DNA from: Thalia democratica | Lineage: Eukaryota | Length of the DNA: 64,000 nt | Assembly (NCBI GenBank): GCA_965202585.1 | Contig: OZ241830.1 | Span: 41,354,001 to 41,418,000 of the forward strand | Direction: 5' to 3' | Shown: positions 48,701 to 61,941 of the stretch, piece by piece | Layout of the letters: the number at the start of each line of letters is the position of its first letter | Numbering within the stretch: the first letter of the stretch is position 1 | Notes under the pieces: model-generated | Database searches by the model: none | Seen by the model: only the letters and a program-made list of their open reading frames with translations | Told to the model about the DNA's origin: nothing | Program-made: the position numbers and the translations under genes

Positions 48701-51700
48701 TGATGCTTTCAATTGCAAGTAGAAATGATTACGATGTTCTTAAAAGGTTAAAAGTGCTTACTAAAATTAATGAATGTTTATTGTACTTTTAAATTGAGTA
48801 TGTAATATTTGTTTTAATTTCCATTGCATTTTTAAGCAACTTTGTATTTTTAGTTGTACCCTTTAAAACCGATTTAAAAATATATTCTGTAACAAACAAT
48901 ATTTAAAATATTATGAATTGGTATTGTTACAGCTGATATTACTTTTTTATTATTAAGCATAGTTTATAAACAGAAAATAGTGAAGTATCACAAAATTTAT
49001 TACTATTGTTGTGCTTCATAAAAAAGTTGATAATTTTTTAAACAAAACACCTTTTTTAACAATAAAAGTGCTTATTTTTTTACTTGCTTAAAACTAAAAG
49101 CAATATTTAAACTACTAGTGTAGTTTATATGTTTTTTTAATCTAATTATCTAAAACTTTTTAGTCAATTATTGTTTGTACACAGCACTCACCTAAGTAAG
49201 GAAAATGCGAGTGAGATGTATGCATGGGGCAACAATGAGAATTTGAATCTTGGTGGAAGCTTCACTAAAGATATTCCCAGCATTCATGAACACTTCAACA
49301 AAAACTCGATAGATGTTAAAAAAGTAAGCCTGACTCTATTGTCTCACTTTGAATTGTATTTTAAACATGTTAATTAATTATATTGTAATGTTTAAATTTT
49401 TGTTTGTAATCTGTTGTCATAAGTTCGACCTATGCTTTAAAAGTCAGTCTATTTGAGAAGCCGACAAAAAAAAAAGAAAAAAAAAACCAAGTTTCTTTAA
49501 CATTTTCAGATTATTAAGCAAAATAACATTTTGCACACTAAATTTGATGATTTAAATATTAAAAGTGAATTACACTTTCTATTTAAACCAATGACATTTT
49601 GACTGTTCATGAACAGTTTTTATTAACACTTCATTTATTTAATTGACAAATATTTTTGTTTAAAAAAAACTACTTGTCGAAAAGCTAAAACATTTTAAAA
49701 TTACTTTTGTGAACTTAATTCCACTTAAAATTATTACTTTTAAAGTGGCTCTCGTAAACTATTGTGTAAACGTTTTATATGCAACAATAACACTGATAAA
49801 ATGTAGAACAAATAGTGTTATTAGGTATGAATAAGTTGTTATACCTATTGTCTCATGTTATGTTTTTTTTATGTAACCGAACTTTTAGTTACTGTTTAAT
49901 TATAAAAATGTGTCGAATACAAAGTTCTAATTAGTCATGTTTAAATATCTAAGACTTGCTTCATAATAATAATAATAGAAACCATCTTAACATTTTCTAA
50001 AAACGTTTTATTTATTATATGTTTTGGTTTTAAGAAAACAAATAGAGAGATCTCAACTGCTGGAGGAGAAGTAATATATTTATTTTTTCAAAAATTTATT
50101 TTACAAACTAAGTTCTAACTAACTAAAATAATTCTATTTGAATAAAATTTATTTAAGCACTGACGAGGTCTTTGACCGAAACTTAGTTTGTAAAATAAAT
50201 TTTTGAAAGTTTAGATATAACGTTTTATTTATAATAATTTTACAAAGAATTATTAGATTTTTTAATTGTCAATATAAAGTTTCAAAAGTCTTACTAATCT
50301 AAATGTTTTAATAATTCCCCTAAACAGGTAGTAATTTGCAAGTACCACACCATCTTTCTCGACGACCAGGGACAAGTTTTCACTTGCGGTCAGGGTCTTG
50401 GCGGTCGGCTCGGCACTTCCAACCAGGAATTTGTCATCCAACCGGTTCTCGTGCCCACTGACTGCAGGGTGACCCACATCAGCGGTGGGGTCGATCACAC
50501 TACGGTTGTCATGGAAACAGGGGTTTTGATGACGTGCGGCAAAAATAATGCTCGTGTTTTAGGGGTTTCACCGCCACCAAAACAACTGTTAACGTTGACG
50601 AAGTAAAAACAAGTTATTGTCAAATAACAGTTAAATGTTTAAAAATTATAATTTCTTTTAGATAAAATAGAAATGTTTTTGTGAAATAATTTTTATTTTC
50701 TAATTTTAAAGCAAAACTAAGCCTTTTTCTGGTAAAATATCATAAATTCATAGATGAAATAGTTTAAATTGTACTACATTTGAGAAAAATAGTTACCGAT
50801 ATTAGTTATTTAGCATTGTAATAATTCAAGTAGTTAATGTTTTTCACTGTAGAGTTCAAATACCGTCTCACCACAAAGTAATCGGATGTGCAGCAGCGAA
50901 TTTCCACACTGCAGTGTGGACTGATCAGCAAGCATTATTCACATTCGGCACCAATGCCGGTCAACTTGGTCTGTTGTTATTTGTTCTCAGTTAAAATGTA
51001 TGCGTATAGATTTATTTTTAAAAGCTGTTTTTATTTGATTGACCAATGTCACAGTTCTCTTTTCTATTTACGCTGCAGAGCTCAATGTTTATTTATTTTT
51101 TGATATTGGTTGTAGCTGTTTTGATGCAAATAGTATTATTCATCAAAGCAAATAAAGTTTATGGTCAAATTTTTCATATATAAATGACGTATTGACAAAT
51201 TAATCTTGGTCAGTCCATTTAGCAAGTACTATTGTACAAGTATAATATTTTTGATTTTCAAAGTACATATTTTGATTATAGAGGCAGGGCTGTAATAAAA
51301 ATATCTACTTCAAAAAAAAAAAAACAATGACTAAAAAGTAAAAGCAAACTAAGAATAAGAACATACAAAACAAAAATCTCCTGTACAATACAAATGTATT
51401 TATGAAAAAGTTGAAAGTATAATATTCAGGTCACCCGAAGGACGATGTGTTTGTAGTGCAACCGCGTCAGGTCTCCAGTATTTACTCGAAATCCGACAAA
51501 ATTCGCGATGTTCAGGTTTCTGACGGCGCCACCGCTGTACTCACTGAAAACGTTTGTTGAATTATTATCAACAATTAAATATTATTTTTTATCATATGAA
51601 ATATTTACAACGTTTTTTTCTTCTGTTTTTTACTATAGCAAGTACTTATTGTTTGTAAAATAGTCTTTTATCAGGGCTGCATATACGTGCTGTCTTCATT

Positions 51701-54700
51701 TTCGTACAAGAGAGTTGTTTCCAGCCACAAAGATGTGCGAAGTTTCTGTGTTGCCGGTGGAATGCTTGACAAAAACATACTTGCTCAGGTTATTTTCTTA
51801 AATTGGTATCTTGACTTTCTCTAGTAACCATATATTATTAGTAAAACCAAAATGTTATTTAAATGTAGAATAATCTTTATAAATGTTTAAAGCTGAGTTC
51901 AGATTTTTCTTCTCATACTTTATTTTTTGCAGGTTAAATCAGGAAGCCAGGGAAGTTACACAGAAATACAAGTGAAGAAAAACCGGCAAGTAAAAGTTAT
52001 AATTTTGAAAAAAGGGGGCAAGTTGTTGTCATGGGGAAGCGAACACCAGACCCTTGATATCTGTTGTTTCCATGACTACAAGGTTTTTATACGTTTCAAA
52101 GTTAACTAAAGTTTTCATTGTTGTTGATCTATAGGTCTATACTTCCTTATAGGTTTTTCACCTTGTTATAGAACTTATTTAGCTTAAAATTTAAAAATTA
52201 TTTATAAAATTATTGGTATTATCCTCAAGTTTATTACAAATAAATATTCAAAACCAACTTATGTTTAGATGGAAGATTGTATTGATATATCAATGAGTAA
52301 AAATGGTACTACAGTTGCATTTATCACCAAGCATGGAAGAGTTTTTGTTGGCAATTACTCTGACTATATTGCTAGAAAGAAAAAAACTAAGGTTAATTAA
52401 TTGTTGCTACTGATAACTAACAGTTTCGCATTTAACTATTCAAAATATAAATTTAAGTGTTTGTTAACAAAAGATCCTAGTGAAACGAGTTCAATGGAAT
52501 ATATAATAAAAACAAATTATACAGTATCTTCTTTTATTGTACCGACATATGTTTCTGTGTGTTAACTGGTTAACACACTTCAGAACCCAGTTGAAGTATG
52601 TTAATTCTCTAACACACAGAAACATATGTTATTACAATAAAAGAGGATACTGTATAATTGTTTCATTATTCTGTTTTTTATGACTATTTTGGCGTTAAAA
52701 AAATTATTGTTAACAAAATACTTTTTATTTCTGTAACGCTTCCGTAATTTTATAAAAAAACACTTTCTTTATCATTTTTATTTTTGTGTAAAGGACTAAT
52801 CTGATTCAAAACTTATAAGCCTAGTCGGTAATAAAAATAATTTTTAAATAACTAAACTAGTTTTTTAGAATACTTTAAATTTAAAATTAAACTTTATTGT
52901 ATTACAAAGTTAGATATGGGTAAATAGAAAAACAAAAACTTCATGTATGCAAGGTCAAAGAAAACTAATTAAAATAGAATCAGTTTATAAACTATTTAAA
53001 ACCTTCCACTCTGTATTTTGATATACCTATTAATACTTTATACAAGATTGAAACATTTACAGGATTTCGAGTGCACCAGTTTCAAAAACGCAGATTCAAT
53101 TCAGTACTTCAAAATTAAATCTCTGCTCAATTCCTTCAGAAGTCACACCGTCGCACTTGGGCCAAAGGGCGGGAACGGCGTTGTTCTTCAAAACACTCCG
53201 ATAATGTTTTTGACCAGAGTAGGTGGTTTCCTTCTTTAAATGGTTATGAAGGAACTTGTTTTTGTTGATTTAATTTCAAACTTAGTTCCAGTAACATTTT
53301 ATAGTTTACATATTTGAAACTATGTTTCTCTCACTTGTAAATTAAAACAACGATTGTTATTGTTTCTAATAAGACTAACAATTTAGATACCGACAATTTC
53401 TCCTGAACTCTCGTTGACACGTGATGTCGCTAACATGTTCGACAATCCCGCTTCTCAAGACCTTAGTGACGTCACAATAAACGTCAGGGAGAACGGAAGC
53501 CTTGTCCAATCATATTCCGTACACTGGTACTTCCTCGCTGCAAAATCAACAGAGTTCGCGACTTTACACGCTAAAGCGCTGAAGAACGAAAGCGAAAAAT
53601 GCGATAGTGATGTCATAGAAGTTCAAGGAGTTCCCAACGACGTCGTCAAGGCGGTGCTGCGGGCTTGTTACGGGTGTGGCGCCCCCGAAAAACTACCGGC
53701 GGGAAAAGTGTTAAAGAAGAACGCCAGAATGTCGCTGTCGGACGAGAAAGGGTTTGGGGTGAAGCTGACGTCAGACAGGCAAGGCAGAGGGGGTCAGGGT
53801 TGGGGGAAGATCGGGAAGGCTTTCGGCGTCAGGAGCGAGGTGTGGACGGGTGGAGAAAATAGAAGGGGAAATCCCGATTGTGTGATCGAGTGCGAGGACG
53901 GGAGGAGGGTGAGTTCGCACAAGTGCATGCTGAGCTGCAGGGTTCCTTACTTCGCCGGAATGTTGAACATGATGATGATGATGAACAGTAGCCACGATGA
54001 ACTGCTCGTATTGAAAGTAATTTGTTATATTGTTTCGTAAGCGGTTGTATAGCTATAACTTATAAATTGTATATTTAATTGGTAGCTTATTGTTTTTAAA
54101 CATTATCTAAGTCAGTTGTTCTTAACCTTTTTTACATGTTTTACCCCTTTTTGGAAGGTTATTACCAAATTTGCCCCTTTTTTGAAAGTAATTACAAAGT
54201 TTACCCCCTATATACAAAATAGTGTTTAATTTTGATGAAAAGTAGATTTTTTGAACTTTAAGCTTATTAAATATAAAAAGTCGTTAAATTTAAAGAGTTT
54301 ATTTAACTTTAAAAAATTACAGTTGAGTACTAACTTTTAATTGAAAAAGGAATTTAGTAAACATTAGCTTTCATAAATTGTATTAAGAAAAGTTTACTCC
54401 CTAAAACAAGGGAATTTACCCCCAGGGGTAAATTTACCCCAGGTTAAGAATCGCTAAGCTAAGTAAAACTAAACCGATGAAACTAGTTTCTTTTTTAATT
54501 TTTGTTATTGGAACTAAGGCAAAACTTTCAAGTTTCATATTAGGTTTTTGTTGGTGTTTTACTACCTAAAAAAGCTGTCAAAAAATATTAGTTATGATCA
54601 TTATTTTCAACAACCGAGGGTTTATATATTTCTATGATTTGTCATAATATTTTGCAGGTGCCATCGCCATCAGACATATTCGAGCATGTTCACAACTTCA

Positions 54701-57700
54701 TATACACAGAACAAATATCAGATAATATCAAGCAGAATGTTGTCATATTGCTTGAAGTGCTCGCGTGTGCTGATTCGTTGTTATTTGAAGGCTGTAAGCA
54801 AGCTGTTGAATCTCTTGTTAGTTGAAATTGATTTTTAAGTTTAATTTTTAAGTGGTTTAAGTTTTGCATAGTTTGAACACAATTACCAAAAGATTAAGTT
54901 GACACTGTACAGTCACCTCTCGTGCATTCGTTTTGTTACGCATTTTGGAATTCTTTAAAAATTCAAAAAAAAAATATTAACAGTATTATAAATTTATGAG
55001 TTAACAACATATTTAATATATATTTTTGAATTTTTTTAAAACTTGTTCTAAATTTAAAAATTTTTTTCAGAGTTTTTCAAATCCAGGTTTTACCAATTTG
55101 CTACCTCTCATTTAGTTACGCGTTTTTGCCGTTGACGCAATGTGCGTAGACTCGCGAGAGGTAAATGTATGTAAAATAAGTTTCTAAAATACTTTCATGT
55201 CACTTCTCAGTATGTTTAGTTTAATTATGATAAACTTAAATCATTTCTACTTTAACATTTTAAACACAGCAGCATTGTTTATTTCCAAACTCTTGTAATT
55301 TTGTTTCATGTTTGACCTGATTATGTATTAAAACTACAGGTGGTGCACCTGCTGACAGTGAAGAATGTGGTCGAAGTCAGCGAGATATCACTGACTTTCA
55401 ACGCGCCTCAGCTGTACAGTTCCTGCGTTGAGTTCGCCACGCAAAATCTGCCCTGGTTGATGCACACCGGCAACTTCCTGTACGCGGAAGAACAGTTTCT
55501 CTCCGACATGGAAGATTGTTACAGGTGAGTTATTTGAGAAATAACTTGAACGATTTGATTTTTAATTTAAAACTAAAAGTAAAGTTAAAAAAAACAATTA
55601 GTGCAAAATAACTTAATTTTGTTCATTTTTCATCCACCAGGAGTCGCATCAGCACGGTTTACATGCGAGGGGCGCCACCAAGCGACAGAGGTCCGACGAT
55701 CGACGACATTCCTGCGGAATATTTCGACTTGGAAGATGCGAATTGCGTTTCTCAATTCGCACCCGGGTCGCCCGAAACTGGCGCTCATGGCGAGAAGAGG
55801 AGACGGAAGCGGAAGAAGAGCAAAAGCTCGCACGGATACCTCATCTCGGACATACTGCTGAAGAGCGACGAAGATAGTAACGACGTCATAAAGAAGATGA
55901 TGTCGAGGTCCTATCAGAAGAGGGGAGGCGGCGGAGATGCCGAGTCGAGAAGATACAGGTCTGATCTGCTTGATCACAGGAAGCGCAACGAGGGAATCCC
56001 GGAGCTGAGAAGGATGATTGAGAATTCCAAAAAGGCGGCTCTCAATCTCATCAGCAAACGCAACAAGGAGCGCAAAATTTCCCAGTCCAAAAAAGAAGAG
56101 TTGAAAAATCGAACTCCCGCCAAAAAGAACGCTGAGCAGGTTCAGCGAGTTCAGTTGCAGACGCCGAAAAGTTCGGATCAGTTTTTGCGGAGCCACTTTC
56201 CCACGCTGGGAAGCCCCGAAAACGCGAAAGTGGCGTCGAAAGCTGGCAGAACGCCGGCGAGCAAGTACAAGAAGATGTCGCAGAAGCAGAAGAAGAGGAT
56301 GCAGCAGGAGCAGGCTGAGTTGGAGCAGCAGGAGAAAATGTTCGGAAAATCCCCTCCTCCTAATGCGTGGGGAATTCCCAAGTTTGTAATTGTTTTATTT
56401 TTATTAAATCTTTTTAAATCAAAATTTTCAAAATTTCCTCAGTACTTTTTATCTGCAATATTATTTTTCGAAGCACAGTACCTTAGTAATAATGGTTGTT
56501 TTTTACAACTTAAGTTTGAAAACACTGTAAAGTTTAAATTTAATATAAAACTATTCAAATTTGAGTTTAGAGGTTAAACAAAAAACTATTGATTTTTGTT
56601 TCAAAGTAACTAAGTATTTCAAATGCTAAAGATTTTTATTTTTACAATCAAAAACGTTTTTTTCAAACATTTTACTAAATATATTATTTAAAATTGATTT
56701 AAACTTGTTCTGCCACTTTAAGCTTTTATGTTTTTAGAAAAGTACAATTCACCTCATTCGATCAACAAACACCAGTAAAGTCCAGCAGCAGGTAATATGA
56801 TTTTATTTTTTTTAAAACTTTAATTAACTAACATTCAGTATAATTTACAGTTCTACAAAAGTTTCTATTAAAAGCAAAAGCAATGGAAGCATAAAAAGTG
56901 CGAATGGAAGCCATCAAAATATGACTTCTCCAACTGTGCTTTCTCCTAAGTTCGATATTTATTTGTTTTTTCCGTGCAAACTTGTTCAACTTATGCACAA
57001 AAATCTTTATAAAATTATGAAAATTTTATTAGTTTCAACATTCAATATTTTATATTTTAGTACAAAATTTCTATGCAGTTTTTTCAGAATCCTGTTATTT
57101 TTTACAACTTTTATCTGTTTTTGAAAAATGTTTATTAATTTATTTTGTTTTATTATCATATTTGTCATTCCATCTTTAAAAAAAAAAGTTTAAATAATTT
57201 AGTTCAAATTTTAACAGTTCATCCGGTGTTTGGAACTTCACGCCGCCCGCTGCCGTTGTGACGTCACAAGTAAGCGAAGTGACTTCATCACTGCAAAACA
57301 TAATGATGACGGAGAAAGTGGAAAAGGAAGAGCAGATGAGAATGAGAAAAAAATCGCTGAACACCATACAAGTTAGTTCGATAACAAAAAAATTAGACAA
57401 TTTATGAAATGAAAGAGTAGTAGCAAATATTGACTTAGTATTGACAAGTATTCCTTAGAAAAAATTGTTTAAGTCTTTTATTACCCACTATTTAATAATA
57501 AGCAATGTTTGAAACGGAGTTAGCTGTTAAGCAGGTGTACAATCAAAAATAAAATGTATGTAACAAAATATTGCTAATTTATTCTACGTCCCACAGTTGG
57601 AAGAGCAAGCGATGAACGAGATACGTCAGACTTATCTCAATGACGTCACAGTCAAACGACGAATAGGAGAGAATGGTGACGTCATGGTTTGCAGGGTACC

Positions 57701-57743
57701 GCGTCACAAAGCAGCTGAAATATTGCAGAAATGTAAAAAATAG
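45794..57743 (+). CDS. IBTK: Inhibitor of Bruton tyrosine kinase orthologue (ankyrin + RCC1 + BTB), about 1,270 aa, 19 exons
   Basis: Exons 45794-45869, 47866-48089, 48598-48746, 49185-49323, 50328-50602, 50853-50968, 51430-51551, 51675-51788, 51933-52082, 52269-52391, 53063-53218, 53387-54016, 54658-54816, 55340-55524, 55641-56381, 56738-56791, 56851-56949, 57218-57371, 57597-57743 (3,813 nt, phases consistent). Motifs ESGWTPLHKAFHYG (ANK), MYAWGNNENLNLG and VICKYHTIFL..GQVFTCGQGLGGRLG (RCC1), two BTB boxes (SVHWYFLAAKS; HKCMLSCRVPYFAGML), KMSQKQKK, PNAWG, TIQ|LEEQAM match recalled IBTK architecture. Confidence 0.92.
47493..47816. mobile_element. MITE family A copy
   Basis: Ends CAAAGTTACCA / TGGCAACCCTG; 6-bp TSD CTAGTT / CTAGTA (5/6). 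Confidence 0.75.
50144..50203 (+). ncRNA. Minimal type I hammerhead ribozyme motif in IBTK intron 4 (sense strand)
   Basis: CTGACGA (50160-50166), stem II GGTC-ttt-GACC, GAAA (50178-50181), stem III A-C-tta-G-T, H17 = T50188; stem I 50144-50159 pairs with 50189-50203 (3 bp + 1x2 loop + 11 bp). Confidence 0.7.
52522..52652. mobile_element. Tc1/mariner (pogo-like) MITE
   Basis: TA|CAGTATCTTCTTTTATTGTA...TACAATAAAAGAGGATACTG|TA; about 43-bp TIRs with few mismatches. Confidence 0.8.
54113..54456. mobile_element. hAT (Charlie-like) MITE
   Basis: CAGTTGTTCTTAACCT / AGGTTAAGAATCGCTA termini; 8-bp TSD ATCTAAGT / AGCTAAGT (7/8); TTTACCCC subterminal repeats. Confidence 0.75.
54910..55167. mobile_element. 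Tc1/mariner (Tigger-like) MITE
   Basis: TA|CAGTCACCTCTCG...CGAGAGGTAAATG|TA (decayed right TIR). Confidence 0.6.
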
Positions 57744-59270
57744 TGATGATTACCAAAACAAAATTTTACAAGCGCTCAATAGAAAGAAGAAGGAAGAAAT
57801 TTTTAAATAATGTTTTACTATTTAGTTAATTAATTTTTCGCCCTTTTGTTATTTATTACCCCAGATCTAAAAAATCGCCCGTTTTGGATATATAGTAAGA
57901 TATATAATATGTTTAGATATTTAGTAGGCAATTTATATCTATTAGGTATCGTTATTTTTATATTTACTTATTATTATTATTACTTTGGTGATTAAATTAT
58001 TTTAGGTGTATTAGTTATAGTAAAAGTTAGTAAATATTGTGTATTTTAAATTAAGTTATTTTTAGATTAAGTACATTACTTTTATTCTTTCTTATATGCA
58101 ATGATCTAAAGTTTAGTGATTAATTTTTAAATTTAGGTGATACCATTGTAAATTATTAAAAAACTTTAGAAATTAGGTCAAAGTAAATATTTTTATAAAA
58201 TGATTTTGTTATTTTCTAATGGTTTTGAGTACTTTCTACATGAATATTTTAAAATTAGTATATTCCATATGTTGTTTTAATATCCAAGTTCTATGTATCT
58301 CAATTTTTTTAACTTTGAGTTGTGCTATAATTTAAACAATTTTTTACTTAATTTCTAGTTTTAGTTGTAGTTTTACAGGTGGCTTATTTTTTTAGGATTT
58401 TGAAAAAAACACTGCCTCAATTAAATTACCTGATGATTTTTAAGTTTTTACATAATTTATTTTTGGAGTTCATTGTTATTTTTAAGTTATTTAAACTATT
58501 AGTTTATGTAAAAACTGATATAGATATGTTCCATATTGCACTAGTGTATATTTATAAGAAAAAAAAACTTCAACAGTGTTAGTATATTTTTTGATTTGTT
58601 ACTGTTTTATAAATTGAAATACTCATATTTATATAAAGTATACTTAAACTTGCATAAAATTACAAAATATTAATAGTTAAGTATAAAACCTTTTTAATCT
58701 TTTTTAATAAAACATAGTAGTTAGATGTTTTTGATTTATTTAAATCGAAAATTGAAAGTAATTAAACTTGTTCTAGTAAATAATTCTCTAGATTAACATT
58801 TTTAAAGTAAGATCTATTATTAAATGTTATGATAGTTTTTGTCTAGTGTATAACACTTCTAACATTAAAACTACTTTATTGGTTTTGAATAAATAATAAC
58901 TTTATAACTTCTTGTAATATTAAAGTATAAAATAGTATTTAAAATAAGTTTTTTAAAATTCGAAATTTAATATTTATAATCTTTTTTTTTTAGAACTTTG
59001 TTAATAAACATTTACAAAAAACAATCTACATATTTTTAGAATTTAATAAGTATTTTATTTTATATTTACTTTTAAACATGTTGGTGACCAATGACCATTC
59101 TTTTCCGTAATGTATAAAAAAAAACCTTAATATTTGAAAAAATGTGAGAAACTTGCTATACGAAGTGTCTTCTCCAAATATATAAGTATTGGTAATTTTT
59201 TACACATTTGAATACATCTTAAAATTCAATTAAAGTTTAAATATTCTATATGAAGTGGTAAAAATAATTA

Positions 59271-59753
59271 CAAGGTTGCTACAAAACCTGGAATTTGATG
59301 ATTTTGAAAAAAAAACCTGGAATTTTGTACAAAAGTAATGGAAAACCTGGTATTTGAATGAAAAATATTTTTTAACTTTTTTTATAAAATAATGAGATTA
59401 AATTTTAGCATTTTTATACTTTAAAAAGTGTATAACAAGTTTTAATAAGTAATTAATAAATCATTATTTATTTTTTTTTGAAAAATTTAACAAATTTTTT
59501 ATTGCAGTTGATATTATATCTATTTATACTAGATGAGGGTATTGGAACTTGAATAATTTTGTCAATTTCTAGGAAAATTTTGCAATTTTAGTCTTACTTT
59601 CAAGGAGTTGTAATTAATTTTTACCATTTGAAGACTTTGGAAAATATGAAATTTTGTAAATCTAAACTTACCAAATCTGACTTTTTATAAAAAAATTTAA
59701 AACTTCTTGACTTTTGTCATTTTTTTAGTTTCTCCTGGCCTTGTGGCAACGTG
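59271..59753. mobile_element. Degenerate MITE family A copy
   Basis: Starts CAAGGTTGCTAC with AAAACCTGGAATTT repeats; ends GTGGCAACGTG; TSD not recoverable. Confidence 0.55.
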
Positions 59754-61941
59754 AGTTTTACAAAAACACGGAGTAGAAAATAATATAATGAACGGATTTT
59801 ATCTTAATAAAAATTTAAGTAAATGAAAATTTTCAAATACTTTTGCATCCAGTATAATCACAGCTGCTTAGAGTTCAAAATTATTGAATCCACGATTTTA
59901 CTTTGCACTTTTCTTAGTATCTATTCGCTTAAATTTGGTAAGTTCAAATCACTTTACAACAGGTTTTTCCAAACCTTTTTTCAAAAAGTCCCCTTTCGAG
60001 AAACAAAAAAAAGCTATGGCCCCTTCCAACAATATTTATCCAAAAACTACCAATAAAACTGCCTGAGACATTTTTTTTTGCTCTTCATTATTAACTCCAG
60101 GATATCTGCTGTAAGTTTCAAATTATGGCATTGTGGATCTTACTTTTACGGTATGTGGCCACCTAAGTTTCCAAAACTTTTTCAATAATATCCAATATTA
60201 GTTTAAAAACTACAATTCAAAACGCCCAACGTCTTTTCGCTCTTCATCATCAACACCAAATATCTAGTGTAAGTTTAAAATTATGGTCTCATGGCCCGCC
60301 TTGACCCCTTTGCTTCTCATGGCCTCCTAAATTTCACTTGGCTAACTTGCTTTACAGTTTACATGATCAAACTGGTAGCTTCGTATCTAATTCAAAAAAA
60401 CTGACTATATCATTACGAAACATAATCCTTAGTAGAAGCATAACTATGAGTAACATCTAGCTATAAAAATGTAGTGTTGAAACTACATTTTGATATGAAT
60501 AAATTATGTAATGGAAAGTAATTTATTAGTTTGTAATATACGCTAAAAACTGTAAAGTATAAAATTATACTTAATAAAAAAATACTATTTAACCTGTGAA
60601 AAAAAAAAAAAAAAATTCTTTACTAAGCAGTTTTCATTTTACCGAAATTCTAGTTATTTTTAGCATATATCTCTTATTTGGTTATCTGTAAAGTATAAAT
60701 AAAGATTAGTTTTATGAAAAAGTTTTTTAATTTTATGCAAATATTTTTAGTATTTAACCTAAATATTCTAGCTAACATGAGCCTTTAAGTGACTTTTAAA
60801 AATTATATTCAACACAACTCTAACCCTCAAGGCATAAAATTTCAAATAATTAAATAAAAATTTATTTTAAATAATTTCCTAATACTATTTTTGTAATAAG
60901 TACCTCGTTTGATTTTTTTTGATGTTTTCATCAAACAAAACATACGTAATTAGTTTAAAGAAATTACTGTAATCCGATGAACCTTTAAAAACTACTTAAT
61001 TTACTTTTTGTTTTAAAAACCAAAATGAAGTAAAGTCTTTAAAACCTTGATTAAAAATATTCTACAGCTAATCAAAAAATAATTTAACCATCTTTTGATA
61101 GTAAAAAGAATATTATATATAAAATAAAAATTTATACCAATATTTTTATCATATTTAGTCTTATGACTTCTAGTAGAGTTTATAAGTCATTATTTACAAA
61201 GAAATTTTAATGAAATAGACAAGTCTAAAATCTGATTTTATTTTGGTTTTTAATAAAAGCCTAAAATTGATATACAAAACTCAACAAGCTTTTGCAATCA
61301 AACTAAGTGTACAAATGTTAAATTTTGTGTTTTATAATAAGCAAAAGAACTTACGAAAGCATAAAAAGTTTTATGTTTGTTGCATAAACGTTCATTGTGA
61401 TTTTAATTACAAAACTTATCAACTTATATTTACCTTTTAACATGGTCATAAAACTTCAACTTTCTTTAAACAACGTAAAATATTCAAATATTTTGATACT
61501 TACCCAGAACTTTGAGTAGTTTAAAACCAGATCAGACTAGAACTAATACACAACTGGAATATTTCTGTAGTAAAATTTTACAATAAATTAATTTTTTAAA
61601 GTGTGAATTCAACTGATTAAAAGTGTATACCGTTCTTTTATATTCTTAAAGGGTCAAAATTATTAAAAACTTACTAAATTTTAAGTTTAAAAAATGCTCA
61701 GAAATTTTAATTGCATTTTAATAAATCAGTCTGTGTAGCTTAGTGCGTTTTTTTAAACTACTAATCCTTGTTGTAAACAACACTTTGAAATAATTTATCT
61801 TTAAATGTTTACTAACTTTTAATTTTAATTTTAAACATGTAAGTGCTAAAAATTATTATACGCATTAAATAGAATTGAAAACATTGTTTATGCAAAATCA
61901 AAACATGTTGTTGTCAAGTTCTTGGGAGCGGGTCAGAATGA

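Noticed and set aside
58000-61900. Short AT-rich ORFs after IBTK (and similar ones at 30.3-39.7 kb)
   Set aside because: F/L/K/I-rich composition typical of non-coding AT-rich DNA; no splice-consistent or recognisable protein.
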